A stretch of 64,000 nt of DNA from Cyanobacteria bacterium P01_F01_bin.150 (GTDB lineage Bacteria; Cyanobacteriota; Cyanobacteriia; CAKZMO01), in NCBI GenBank assembly GCA_039189765.1, contig JBCCYL010000008.1, positions 73,697 to 137,696 of the forward strand. Direction: 5' to 3'. Below the pieces are notes generated by a model. That model saw nothing but the letters and a program-made list of their open reading frames with translations, ran no database searches and had not been told where the DNA came from. Of this stretch, positions 10,624 to 19,897 are shown piece by piece (the first letter of the stretch is position 1; the number at the start of each line of letters is the position of its first letter). Both the position numbers and the translations under genes were made by a program.

Positions 10624-12032
10624 TAATTGAGGCGTTGATGGGCGATCGCTAGGCTATTGGCATCTCCTACGTTGCCAGGAAAGAGAAGTACGGGCAAGCG
10701 GGGAAACTTTGAATGGGAGGTATCTGTACAGACTAAACAGCATCCTGGCAAAATTTGTCCCAGAAGCTGTACCGACTGCAACCCTAAGCCGTGACTTAAG
10801 GTGTTGTTGGATGTAATTCCTCCCTTGCTAATCAAAAAACTAATCGTACTCGGTAAGTCTTTGACAATATCGATCAACAGATCAGCCACCGTTTGACTAA
10901 ATTGAAGACGTTGTTCAGATTTTTCAAATGTAATTTCATCTCGACTGGTGTACACAACGACACTTTGACCCAGACGGTGGGCCGTATGAATTTTGGCCAG
11001 GGTGTCATTGAGCAATTGTTGATAAATTGGTTGTACATCAGCCAAGATTGAGTTGGGTGATGTCACATTTGCATTCACTTGTTGTAAAGTCTGGGGATGA
11101 GGCGATGCCTGAGGCATAACAAAGGCCCAAATATTTACTTCAATCCCGCACACCCGTGGCTCTTGGAGCAATACCTGGAGTTGTTTTGTGGTTTTGCTCA
11201 CATAGGACCCCACAAGCACAACACCGGGTCGAGAGTTACGCATATCTTGGCCAAACAATTCAGACAAGATCGGCTGGGGTGGAAGCTGGGCTAAAGATGT
11301 GAGCAGGCTGGCGGCACTGCGAAACAGAAAACGTTTGCCCTGATCGGCAGCAGTAAGACAGTCTGTAGCAAAATTATCTAAGTCAGTTTGAGCTTCAGCG
11401 TCAACGACTACACATTGATTCTGCTCAAAAGTTAGTAGCTGATCGACACATCCCTTCTGGAGATCCGCAGAAAGCATTCGATAAACAGACGATGCAGCGA
11501 TCGCCCCTCCTGTTTTTTCTTCGACATAATCCGGTAAGAAACTATGACTAAATGGGAAAATAGCATCTTGAGCAAACTCTGTTTTATGCACAGGCATATC
11601 AATCACGTTGCCCTGATCATCTTCGCTCTTAACATAATGAATGCTATTGCGGGTGAAACGTCCCCCTTCAAAAAAGGCTGGCACTAGAAAATGAGCATCA
11701 AAGGGTCCCAGTTCATCCGCAATGGTGTCCGTTTCTAATGGATAGTGGCCCCGCAGGGTGGAATCGGAACGGCTAACGATTAGACACTTATCAAGACATT
11801 CGTGGGCGATCGCGTCTTTTAGATTACGGCAAACATCACGGGTCACCTGTTCTGCCTGGGCTGGAGAAAGTGATCGGGTGTTGGTGAGAATAAATACGAT
11901 GGGGCTGGGGTCCCGAAGACCCATACATAAGGTGTCTACATCCCACTGCATCAGCAATAAACAACTATGGACAGTTTGCGACCCTGTCGGATCGTCATCA
12001 AGAACAATAATTTTCGGACGTTGGTTTGACAT
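10623..12032 (-). CDS. Four-carbon acid sugar kinase family protein (DUF1537)
   Basis: IIVLDDDPTGSQTVH, SRSDSTLRGH, ISKGGITS, FPGNVG. Confidence 0.9.
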   Translation of the reverse strand: MSNQRPKIIVLDDDPTGSQTVHSCLLLMQWDVDTLCMGLRDPSPIVFILTNTRSLSPAQAEQVTRDVCRNLKDAIAHECLDKCLIVSRSDSTLRGHYPLETDTIADELGPFDAHFLVPAFFEGGRFTRNSIHYVKSEDDQGNVIDMPVHKTEFAQDAIFPFSHSFLPDYVEEKTGGAIAASSVYRMLSADLQKGCVDQLLTFEQNQCVVVDAEAQTDLDNFATDCLTAADQGKRFLFRSAASLLTSLAQLPPQPILSELFGQDMRNSRPGVVLVGSYVSKTTKQLQVLLQEPRVCGIEVNIWAFVMPQASPHPQTLQQVNANVTSPNSILADVQPIYQQLLNDTLAKIHTAHRLGQSVVVYTSRDEITFEKSEQRLQFSQTVADLLIDIVKDLPSTISFLISKGGITSNNTLSHGLGLQSVQLLGQILPGCCLVCTDTSHSKFPRLPVLLFPGNVGDANSLAIAHQRLN

Positions 12033-12898
12033 TAGGGATTCAGGTGACGGTGAGGAATCAAAGAGTGAGGCTTCTCTAGACCATGAGCCAGCATTAGTTC
12101 CTCATTGCCCATAATCACTTGGGGAATCCCGTCTGCAATAATCTGGCCTTCGTCGAGTAAAAGGACGCGATCGCACACTTCCAACAAAAACTCCAGGTCA
12201 TGGGACGATATCAGCATGGTTTCCTGGGACGTTTGCAAAAACTGAATTAGGCGACGACGAGCGCGTAAATCTAGGTTAGCCGACGGTTCATCATAAATAA
12301 TCAGCTCCGGCAACATCGAGAGCACAGAAGCGATCGCCACCATCCGCTTCTCGCCACCCGAAAGATGATGGGGCGCATGCTGTTTATGGTCTATCATCCC
12401 CGTTAGTTCCAAGGCCATTTGAGTCCGGGTCTGCACTTCATCGGGAGCCAACCCCATATTTTCTGGGCCAAAAGCGACATCGGCTTCAACTGTTGCGGAA
12501 AAAAGCTGATCGTCTGGATTCTGAAAGACCAAGCCGAGTTCAGGGCGAAATTCTCCTTGAACGACAGGTTGACCAAATAAAGAAATTGCCCCTGATTTAA
12601 GGGGTAAAATTCCACAAATTGTCATAAATAACGATGTTTTACCCGCACCATTAGGACCAATAATGCCAAGCTTTTCCCCTGCACTCACCATAAACGATAG
12701 TCCGTCTAATGTTGGCGGATATCCTGGATAAGCAAACGTGAGAGTTTGAACGTCAAGAATCACCGACCCCAGATCACCAGCCACAGAAACATCGGAGAAA
12801 TGGGACGTAATGAACCGATCAACAGGGCCATTTTGCTCATTAGCCTTGAATGGATCGTTATTTTGAGGAGATGAAGGAGAAGATTTAAGTTGTGTCAT
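12032..12898 (-). CDS. cbiO: Co/Ni ECF transporter ATPase
   Basis: GPNGAGKT, VFQNPDDQLF, LSGGEKR, DEP; operonic with cbiQ and cbiM; start uncertain (12898-12958). Confidence 0.9.
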   Translation of the reverse strand: MTQLKSSPSSPQNNDPFKANEQNGPVDRFITSHFSDVSVAGDLGSVILDVQTLTFAYPGYPPTLDGLSFMVSAGEKLGIIGPNGAGKTSLFMTICGILPLKSGAISLFGQPVVQGEFRPELGLVFQNPDDQLFSATVEADVAFGPENMGLAPDEVQTRTQMALELTGMIDHKQHAPHHLSGGEKRMVAIASVLSMLPELIIYDEPSANLDLRARRRLIQFLQTSQETMLISSHDLEFLLEVCDRVLLLDEGQIIADGIPQVIMGNEELMLAHGLEKPHSLIPHRHLNP

Positions 12899-12996
12899 AG
12901 GAGGATAGTCTGAAATCGCCTTTAGGCGTGGGTACCAGTGAAATGAAGAAAAAGTCAATCCTTACACGATTGACAGTATTGGCAAGAAGCCTGACA

Positions 12997-13893
12997 CTAC
13001 GTCATTGCAGTGCTTCCATGACTGAGCCAATAGTTTGCAGCCAGAAGGCTAATAGCAACCAACAGTGAACAAAAAAGCGCGATCGCATCCCAGGTATACG
13101 TCGACAGTAGAATATGAGGTTTTAAATTTTGGCCATTGGATTTTGGCGTAAAGCTGTGGGGCCGATATCCATATCCTCGAAGTCGCATGGCTTGATAAAC
13201 ACGCTCTGATTGCTCATAACTGCGAATAAAAAGTGTTCCTGCCAACGTTGCCAGGATCATGGTCTGATTGGTCAGCGATCGAATATGAATGGGAAGACTG
13301 GAGGATTCTGTCGAAGAAAGTTGAGGCGATCGCTGAGGGACTTGCTGAGGCGATGAAAGAACCCGAAATCCTCTTAATGTCATGGCCCGTCGCATGCGAT
13401 CTAAATTTGCCAAAATCTCAAACAGATATCGATAGGACAACAGCATCATATCGGTCAGCAGAGCGGGAACTCCCAGTGCTCTAAATGCTTTCACAAGCTT
13501 TAGAAAAGGCGTTGTCCCCAACACAATAAAACCAAGAGTGACACTACATAAAAACCGTCCAGCAATTAATAAAGACGAAAGTAGTCCTTCTCTCCATAGA
13601 GTGAGGGGTCCCCACTGCCATAGAGGAGTCTCACCAGAGAGCCACGGAATAAATAAGACAATGCCCACAAGGAAAAACCCCGGATAGCGGAGACGGGATT
13701 GGAGAAATGACATGGGTAAACATGCAAGTCTGTAGACTAATCCAACAATCAGCACCATCCATGGCAACAGCCACAAGGATTTCACCGCAGCAAATGCCAT
13801 CATCAGCCCCACTAAACCAATCACCTTAAAGCGAGCATCCCACTGGTGGACCCACGAATCTAAATTAGTACAATCATCAAACTGAATCTTCAT
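12997..13893 (-). CDS. cbiQ: Co/Ni ECF transporter T component
   Basis: Hydrophobic; YRYL...MRRAMTLRGF and LFIRSYEQSERVYQAMRLRGY motifs. Confidence 0.9.
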   Translation of the reverse strand: MKIQFDDCTNLDSWVHQWDARFKVIGLVGLMMAFAAVKSLWLLPWMVLIVGLVYRLACLPMSFLQSRLRYPGFFLVGIVLFIPWLSGETPLWQWGPLTLWREGLLSSLLIAGRFLCSVTLGFIVLGTTPFLKLVKAFRALGVPALLTDMMLLSYRYLFEILANLDRMRRAMTLRGFRVLSSPQQVPQRSPQLSSTESSSLPIHIRSLTNQTMILATLAGTLFIRSYEQSERVYQAMRLRGYGYRPHSFTPKSNGQNLKPHILLSTYTWDAIALFCSLLVAISLLAANYWLSHGSTAMT

Positions 13894-14073
13894 GTAGTCC
13901 TGTCCACATATCAACTTTAAAGGGTATCTAAGAAGGCTCCCAGCCCCTTTGACTGGCAAGTCTGACTGACAAGAATTTCAGTCGAAAGAGCTAAAGTCCC
14001 TGTAGCTCCTGTCCAGTGAGGATTATAATCGACTTCGCGGTCACCCTCTTATGAAGCCAAGCCCGCCTCCGGA

Positions 14074-14826
14074 CTATCCTGTCCGTTGCTCGGTCTGCTG
14101 ATGGGCTTGCGGATGAGACGACTGCCCCCTCGTTCGGTCACCTGGCGAATCCAGCAGCTCTGGCTTTGTACGCAAAATAAACACGACAAACGATCCAGTA
14201 AATAGACCTTCTATGATCGCGAGCGGCAAATTAACCAAGGTCATCAAAGAAATAGCAGCCTGCTCGGTCGCAGCGTTTATATCCGCAGGAATCGTCGAAA
14301 TAACCAGAGCAAAAAACAGTAGGGCCGCCCCCATCACCCCCACAAATCCAGCTACCCCTCCAAACAAACCGTGCAGCATTCGAGTCGGAACTCTACCCCC
14401 AGCCGTCATCTTGGGAATTAACCAATGTCGCGATTCAAATAAATGATGAGCTAAGAGAGCAGGTACTCCTAGCAATAAAGTATTCAGTCCTAATGTGGTT
14501 AATCCACCATGACCCAGCAACAATGCTTGAAACAGTAAGCCACTGACAATTGCTGGAATTGCATAATATCCCAGGACAACTCCCAACAGACCATTCATTA
14601 AAAAGTGAATCGTTCCCAAGGGAGGAGGCCCTGGCAAGTAAAGTGATGAAGCCACAAAAAATGTTGCTGTTAATAGGGCCGCTTTAGGAATGGTTCGAGA
14701 CACACCAGCCGGATGGCGACGGGACTGAAGCTCAATACGGCGGAGTGAATACCCGATGAGGGGTACGGCGATCGCATACCCAACGACACTGACTTGAGCA
14801 GGTAGAATTCCATCGGGGATATGCAT
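14074..14826 (-). CDS. cbiM: Co/Ni ECF transporter S component
   Basis: Diagnostic N-terminus MHIPDG; FQALLLGHGGLTTLGLN. Confidence 0.92.
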   Translation of the reverse strand: MHIPDGILPAQVSVVGYAIAVPLIGYSLRRIELQSRRHPAGVSRTIPKAALLTATFFVASSLYLPGPPPLGTIHFLMNGLLGVVLGYYAIPAIVSGLLFQALLLGHGGLTTLGLNTLLLGVPALLAHHLFESRHWLIPKMTAGGRVPTRMLHGLFGGVAGFVGVMGAALLFFALVISTIPADINAATEQAAISLMTLVNLPLAIIEGLFTGSFVVFILRTKPELLDSPGDRTRGQSSHPQAHQQTEQRTG

Positions 14827-15088
14827 TAGGTCTGATTCCTCTGATTAGTCTCACTTATATTTAGTGTTAGGGCTATTGGGGTTTCTACACAGGTTATTTG
14901 GGATTTATTAATGGTTTTGTTAAAGCTGAGTAATGTTTTTCAAAAACATCACCTGAACTACCCATTGAGTCTCCCAGTCATTAACCGACAAATTATAGAT
15001 TTATTTAAAATTTCATTTTAAGGTGTCACAATGCCGTTTTAAAGTAATGACTCCAGAGCATCATTTAGGCTTTATACGTAGAATTTAA

Positions 15089-15168
15089 AGGTATCAACTT
15101 TAGGTGGGGAGTGTGGACACAGCATGCCCACACTAACGCTGATTGTGTTTCACCTTAAAACAAAACCC
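15089..15168 (+). repeat. ~80-bp MITE-like element
   Basis: AGGTATCAACTTTAGG...CACCTTAAAACAAAACCC, flanked by GAATTTAA / GAATTTAG. Confidence 0.75.
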
Positions 15169-15172
15169 GAAT

Positions 15173-15658
15173 TTAGAAATGAGAATGCTCTGGAGTGGCT
15201 GTAGTTTGGAGTGGCTGTTGCCGTCTAGAAAAGAATAGGGCGGTTCCCACAAAACCCCATACAACTGCTGCAATTGTCAACCACTTTTGCAGAGGAGTGT
15301 TGTCTGAACGAGATAGCTGTCGAATAGCACCATCTTCTTGGACATTAATTCGCAGTAATTCTCCATGACCTGCTAAACGCGCCTGAATATCCCAAGTACC
15401 GGGTATATTTGGATCTGGCGTAAATAAAAAGTAGCCATTTTCATTCGTAAGCGTCTGTAGCCAAACGTTTTGCGGATCCGTGGGAGCATAAACATTGATT
15501 TGAGCATTGGCCATTGGCTCGCCGGATTCATATGTGACTTGAACCTGAAACGAGGGAATTGGCGTTGCCTCCATTAATACTCCATGGGCCAATGTTCTAG
15601 AAGACCAATTGATGCCAGTCACGAGTATTAGCAAGGAAAGAACAAATTGCAGTTTCAT
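15173..15658 (-). CDS. Periplasmic accessory protein of the Co/Ni ECF transporter (CbiL/NikL-like)
   Basis: Signal peptide ending LA-HG, transthyretin-like YESGEPM...GHG domain, C-terminal helix WGFVGTALFF; upstream of cbiM. Confidence 0.75.
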   Translation of the reverse strand: MKLQFVLSLLILVTGINWSSRTLAHGVLMEATPIPSFQVQVTYESGEPMANAQINVYAPTDPQNVWLQTLTNENGYFLFTPDPNIPGTWDIQARLAGHGELLRINVQEDGAIRQLSRSDNTPLQKWLTIAAVVWGFVGTALFFSRRQQPLQTTATPEHSHF

Positions 15659-16067
15659 CAGTATTTATTCCTTGAGGGTTGTCGTCGTACAGTGTCCTTC
15701 TCCAACATGTCCCATCCCAAGTCATGCATTTGACAATTGAGCACAATCATTAAGAGCTAGCGAGGATTTATGCCCATCTCAATCCATTTCTGATGCGGAT
15801 TAATTTGAAAATATTGTCCCCTAACTTTATGGCTTATGGAGAGAACCTTAGGGAGAACTTCAGACTGTTACTCTATCACCCATGACCACGCTAGCATTGA
15901 ACCTTGACTACAACCGTGCCAAACCCGCATAAATAGCGTCAAAGTTCTACAAATCTCTATTATGGACGCTATACTTAGATATATAATATATCAAGAGTCA
16001 TGTCATCTACATCAAGCTCAAGGTTTTATTCTTCACCATTGAGAATTTCTACTTTATGTTGCAATTA

Positions 16068-16147
16068 GAGTGCCAACGCAAGGCGAAATATAAACAAACG
16101 GTAGTGGGAGCGCGACGTGCCTTCACTGACCGCCTAAAGTTGATCAA
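16068..16147 (-). repeat. ~80-bp MITE-like element
   Basis: Central hairpin plus CGCCTAAAGTTGAT end; flanked by a perfect ATGTTGCAATTA direct repeat (16056-16067, 16148-16159). Confidence 0.75.
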
Positions 16148-16241
16148 ATGTTGCAATTAACGGTGATTCTTAGACGAATAACATGGAACAAAGCTATAAC
16201 TCTGTCATGTTTTCAGCGCTTCTATATCTGATGAATTGCAT

Positions 16242-16817
16242 ATGGTTTCCCAACTCCCTCGCACAGACCATCGAACAGATCATCGAATATCTCCCTCTGC
16301 TAAACAACGCTTTCCACATTTAGTCGAAGGGCTGATTCAAGTCTTCACTGGACCCCGCCGTCGTTTTTTCGCTAACGTAATGGCCCAAGCCTTACAGCAA
16401 GCGGGCCAGGGAACGTCTGTGCTGATCGTTCAATTCCTCAAAGGGGGGATTAATCAAGGCCCTGACAATCCAACTCAACTCGCTCAAAATCTTATCTGGC
16501 TACGCTGTAATGTGGCCCGATGCATTACCACTGCTGAGCTGGAGCCTGATGAAATATCAGCCCTTCAAGAGTTGTGGCACTATACGAAAATGCTTGTTAA
16601 GCAAGGAAAATATTCATTGGTTATCTTGGATGAACTCAGTGTAGCCATCGAACTCGGGTTAATTCCGTTGGATGAAGTCTTGCACTTGCTAAACGACAGA
16701 CCCAGCCATGTTGATGTCACATTGTGTGGTCCCCATATGCCCACTGTAATTATGGATATGGCGGATCAAGTCACCGAGCTACGCCAAAGTCCCCGTTTAG
16801 CAGAGATGATATCTTAG
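16242..16817 (+). CDS. CobO/BtuR-like corrinoid adenosyltransferase family protein with degenerate P-loop
   Basis: GLIQVFT, IVQFLKGG, LVILDEL, RPSHVDV, ADQVTEL. Confidence 0.8.
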   Translation: MVSQLPRTDHRTDHRISPSAKQRFPHLVEGLIQVFTGPRRRFFANVMAQALQQAGQGTSVLIVQFLKGGINQGPDNPTQLAQNLIWLRCNVARCITTAELEPDEISALQELWHYTKMLVKQGKYSLVILDELSVAIELGLIPLDEVLHLLNDRPSHVDVTLCGPHMPTVIMDMADQVTELRQSPRLAEMIS

Positions 16818-16936
16818 CCCATCCCAATTGGGATTAAAGACTTAAGCCGAAAGCAATTAACGTGATACCGGGTTATAAAGTACACCAGTATCGTCTATTA
16901 AACGATAAAGCCCAAAATTATTTAGGACACTGGTTT

Positions 16937-17545
16937 ATGATCAAGAACGATAAATGGATCGCCCACATGGCAGATCAAGGGATGATTGCACCGTTTGAAC
17001 CCCAGCTTGTTCGTCAAGTTAAATCCTCTGATATAGATGCTTCAGCTCATTTACGGCCCGTAATTAGTTATGGACTATCGTCCTATGGCTACGATATTCG
17101 CTTGTCTCCATCTGAATTCCGGCTTTTTCAACATGTGCCTGGGACCGTGGTCGATCCAAAGCAGTTTAATGCAAACAATTTGCGCCCAGCTACCCTTCAC
17201 GCAGATGAGTCGGGTGATTTTTTTATATTGCCCGCCCATTCTTACGGATTGGGGGTCGCCATGGAAAAGCTAAGCGTGCCCGATTACATTACGGTCATCT
17301 GCATTGGCAAATCTACCTATGCTCGTTGCGGAATTATTGCCAACCTGACCCCTGCGGAAGCTGAATGGCGGGGACATTTGACCTTAGAGTTCTCCAACTC
17401 CTCTAGTGCAGACTGCCGCATTTATGCCAATGAGGGAATCGTACAGTTATTGTTTTTGGAGGGAGAGCCTTGCGAAGTCAGCTACAACACTCGCCAAGGC
17501 AAGTATCAAGATCAGCCTGAGGCAGTCACGTTAGCCAGAGTGTAG
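16937..17545 (+). CDS. dcd: dCTP deaminase
   Basis: ISYGLSSYGYDIRL, GKSTYARCG, TPAEAEWRGHLTLE, YANEG, GKYQDQ. Confidence 0.95.
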   Translation: MIKNDKWIAHMADQGMIAPFEPQLVRQVKSSDIDASAHLRPVISYGLSSYGYDIRLSPSEFRLFQHVPGTVVDPKQFNANNLRPATLHADESGDFFILPAHSYGLGVAMEKLSVPDYITVICIGKSTYARCGIIANLTPAEAEWRGHLTLEFSNSSSADCRIYANEGIVQLLFLEGEPCEVSYNTRQGKYQDQPEAVTLARV

Positions 17546-17716
17546 GTGCGTATCTCTCCGTGTTACGCCCGCCTGTTGGCGCTCGAATCTTTAGCGTAAT
17601 TCTAGAAATCACGCAGATTTTGCACGTTATGCTGCTTTGCATATGAGCATTAGAGTCACGCAGCGTAATTGTGAAGATTGCGATGTCAATAGAAAAAATA
17701 TAGAGGATGTGGGATT

Positions 17717-18439
17717 GTGGATCGATTTCGGATTGATGTGATTGCGGCAACGGAAAATCCGCAGCAAGTCATTTGGGCTGCTATGCACCAAGATTATTCT
17801 GAGGAATTTGTGGTGAATGAGCGCGATCGCTGGCCCGATGAGACCCAGGCTGGAGAGCTGGTCGTTAAGCATCTCCTAGCGGGCAATCGAGGGCATTATG
17901 GTCCTCTCGAACATCCTCAAATCACCTTTAACGTGGGCTATTTTCCCCATTCGATGATGCAGCAAGTTCGTACTCATCGGGTCGGAATTTCTTTTGACTG
18001 TCAGTCATTTAGGTACACAGGAACTAGAATCGTTGATGTCGTCAAGGGCGATCGCGACGTGGAGGACGTCTTTTACCTCCGCCCCGTCGGGAAGTATTAC
18101 AACCGCAAGGGTAAGCACTATGAATACACGACAGACCAGCGCGAATCAGATTTGCAGTGGTGTCGTGAAGCCTGTCAACGATACCATCAGCGGGTGCAAG
18201 AAGGAGTAGTGGAAGAACATGCCCGGGGCTTAATTCCCTTTGATGCCCGCCAGCACTTTGTCGTGAGTTGTAATACGCGATCGCTGATGCATCTGCTAGA
18301 CCTGCGCTGGAAAAAAGATGCTCAGCTAGAAGCTCAAAAATTTTGTGAATTGCTGTTTGATCATTTTGAACAGTGGAGTCCAGCGATCGCCCAGTGGTAC
18401 CAGGAAAATCGGGCTAAAAAAGCCCGTTTATCGCCCTAA
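17717..18439 (+). CDS. thyX: FAD-dependent thymidylate synthase
   Basis: GHYGPLEH, QVRTHRVGISFDCQSFRY, EEHAR, HLLDLR. Confidence 0.95.
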   Translation: MDRFRIDVIAATENPQQVIWAAMHQDYSEEFVVNERDRWPDETQAGELVVKHLLAGNRGHYGPLEHPQITFNVGYFPHSMMQQVRTHRVGISFDCQSFRYTGTRIVDVVKGDRDVEDVFYLRPVGKYYNRKGKHYEYTTDQRESDLQWCREACQRYHQRVQEGVVEEHARGLIPFDARQHFVVSCNTRSLMHLLDLRWKKDAQLEAQKFCELLFDHFEQWSPAIAQWYQENRAKKARLSP

Positions 18440-18450
18440 GCAAATTTTAT

Positions 18451-18493
18451 GAAAGGCAGAAGGCAGAAGGCAGAAGGGTGAAAGGCAGAAGGC
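18451..18493 (+). repeat. Heptamer STRR (GAAGGCA)n
   Basis: Reverse complement of the 10583 repeat unit; lies between convergent genes. Confidence 0.8.
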
Positions 18494-18522
18494 GCGTTTT
18501 TGATTAAATTACCAACCAGCAA

Positions 18523-19773
18523 TTAGAGGTTGAAGCCCATGCTTTTGAGTGCCTGGCTTAAGCGATGGGCTTCCTGGGGGTTGTTGTTTTGATGGAGGGC
18601 GATCGCCTGCTTAAATGCAGCCAGTGCTTGGGACAATTGGCCTAGCTTGAGAGAAGCAACACCTAAATTTTGGTGGGCTTCAGCATAGTCTGGAGCAAGC
18701 TGAATCGCCTTTTGATAATGGGCAATCGCCTCGACAAACTGGCCTATTGCTTTATAGGTCATGCCTAAATTGTAGTGAGCGATGACGAATTCTGGATCGA
18801 TGGCGATAGCCTGTTTGTAAATTTGCCGAGCAGAGGATAAATCACCTGTGAGTTGTTTAAGGGAACCAAGATTGATGTAAGCACCTAATTTCAGGGATTC
18901 CAGCAGAGGTTGCTCTAGGGCTTGTTCGTAATGATATTGAGCGTTGTCTAATTGCTGTTGTCTACGATAGGCAATTCCCAAATGGTAATGCAGCTCATAG
19001 GCAATAGCGACATTATCACTGCGTTTATCGTGAGAGCGATTATTCCTCTCCACCTTATCTTGCTGTTGATTTGCGTTGATTGCCATCAAACCCTGCATCA
19101 ACAACCGCTGCCCCTTGGCCACTTCCCCCATTTGCACATATAGCGCTCCTAACTTACTACATACATAGGCATCTTTGGAATGTTTGGCTAAGAATTTTTC
19201 CATCGCAACCCTGGCCCGCTTTTGTTTATTGTGGTGGGCGATCGCCGCTGATTGATAGCCTTGGTGGTAGATCATCACCGTAGGAATTTCAGCGATTTGC
19301 CAATGGGGTTCATCACAGAGTAAATCAGCAACACTATCGTCAATCATGGCGTGGTAAGGACGACTGAAGCGTACTTTAGGATGCTTACGAAATAACCGTG
19401 ATACAGACGAATAAGGCGACTGTGCTGCGCCGACCTCCTGCCGAAGCAAATTCACGACCAAGCAATCCTCAGCTTGAATGGCCTGTTGAATCATTGCTTT
19501 TGCTCCGGGCACAAGCTGCTCATCAGCATCCAGTACCAAAATCCAATCCCCACTGGCATGCTCCAAAGAGACATTACGAGCAGCCGCAAAATCATCGATC
19601 CAGTCAAAATGATAAACTTGAGCATTAAACTGATGGGCGATCGCTACTGTTCCATCCGTCGAGCCAGTATCCAGGACAATAACTTCATCTACAATGTCTA
19701 CAACGCTCTCTAGACAGCTAGGAAGTTGAGTTTCTTCGTCTTTGGCAATTAGACACAAACTAAGGGTGGGCAT
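18523..19773 (-). CDS. GT2 glycosyltransferase with TPR repeats
   Basis: LSLCLIAKDEE, LDTGSTDGT, DFAAARN, LDADE; C-terminal TPRs (AHYNLG, AHQNLG). Confidence 0.9.
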   Translation of the reverse strand: MPTLSLCLIAKDEETQLPSCLESVVDIVDEVIVLDTGSTDGTVAIAHQFNAQVYHFDWIDDFAAARNVSLEHASGDWILVLDADEQLVPGAKAMIQQAIQAEDCLVVNLLRQEVGAAQSPYSSVSRLFRKHPKVRFSRPYHAMIDDSVADLLCDEPHWQIAEIPTVMIYHQGYQSAAIAHHNKQKRARVAMEKFLAKHSKDAYVCSKLGALYVQMGEVAKGQRLLMQGLMAINANQQQDKVERNNRSHDKRSDNVAIAYELHYHLGIAYRRQQQLDNAQYHYEQALEQPLLESLKLGAYINLGSLKQLTGDLSSARQIYKQAIAIDPEFVIAHYNLGMTYKAIGQFVEAIAHYQKAIQLAPDYAEAHQNLGVASLKLGQLSQALAAFKQAIALHQNNNPQEAHRLSQALKSMGFNL

Positions 19774-19897
19774 AGGGTTAAATCTAGATGATCCCGACAA
19801 CGGAGAGGTACACATTTGGATAGTATTAAGGTAAGCCCATGAATGAATTTTTGCTACCACAATAGGAACATCAGGTCCACGGCAACGGAAATCCACA

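Noticed and set aside
15966..15981. NrdR box upstream of cobO-like/dcd/thyX
   Set aside because: Only a partial match to the consensus and no clear second box.
14827..16235. Cobalamin or NiCo riboswitch ahead of the cbi operon
   Set aside because: No B12-box or other conserved riboswitch core found by eye on the minus strand; the visible hairpins belong to the MITE-like family.
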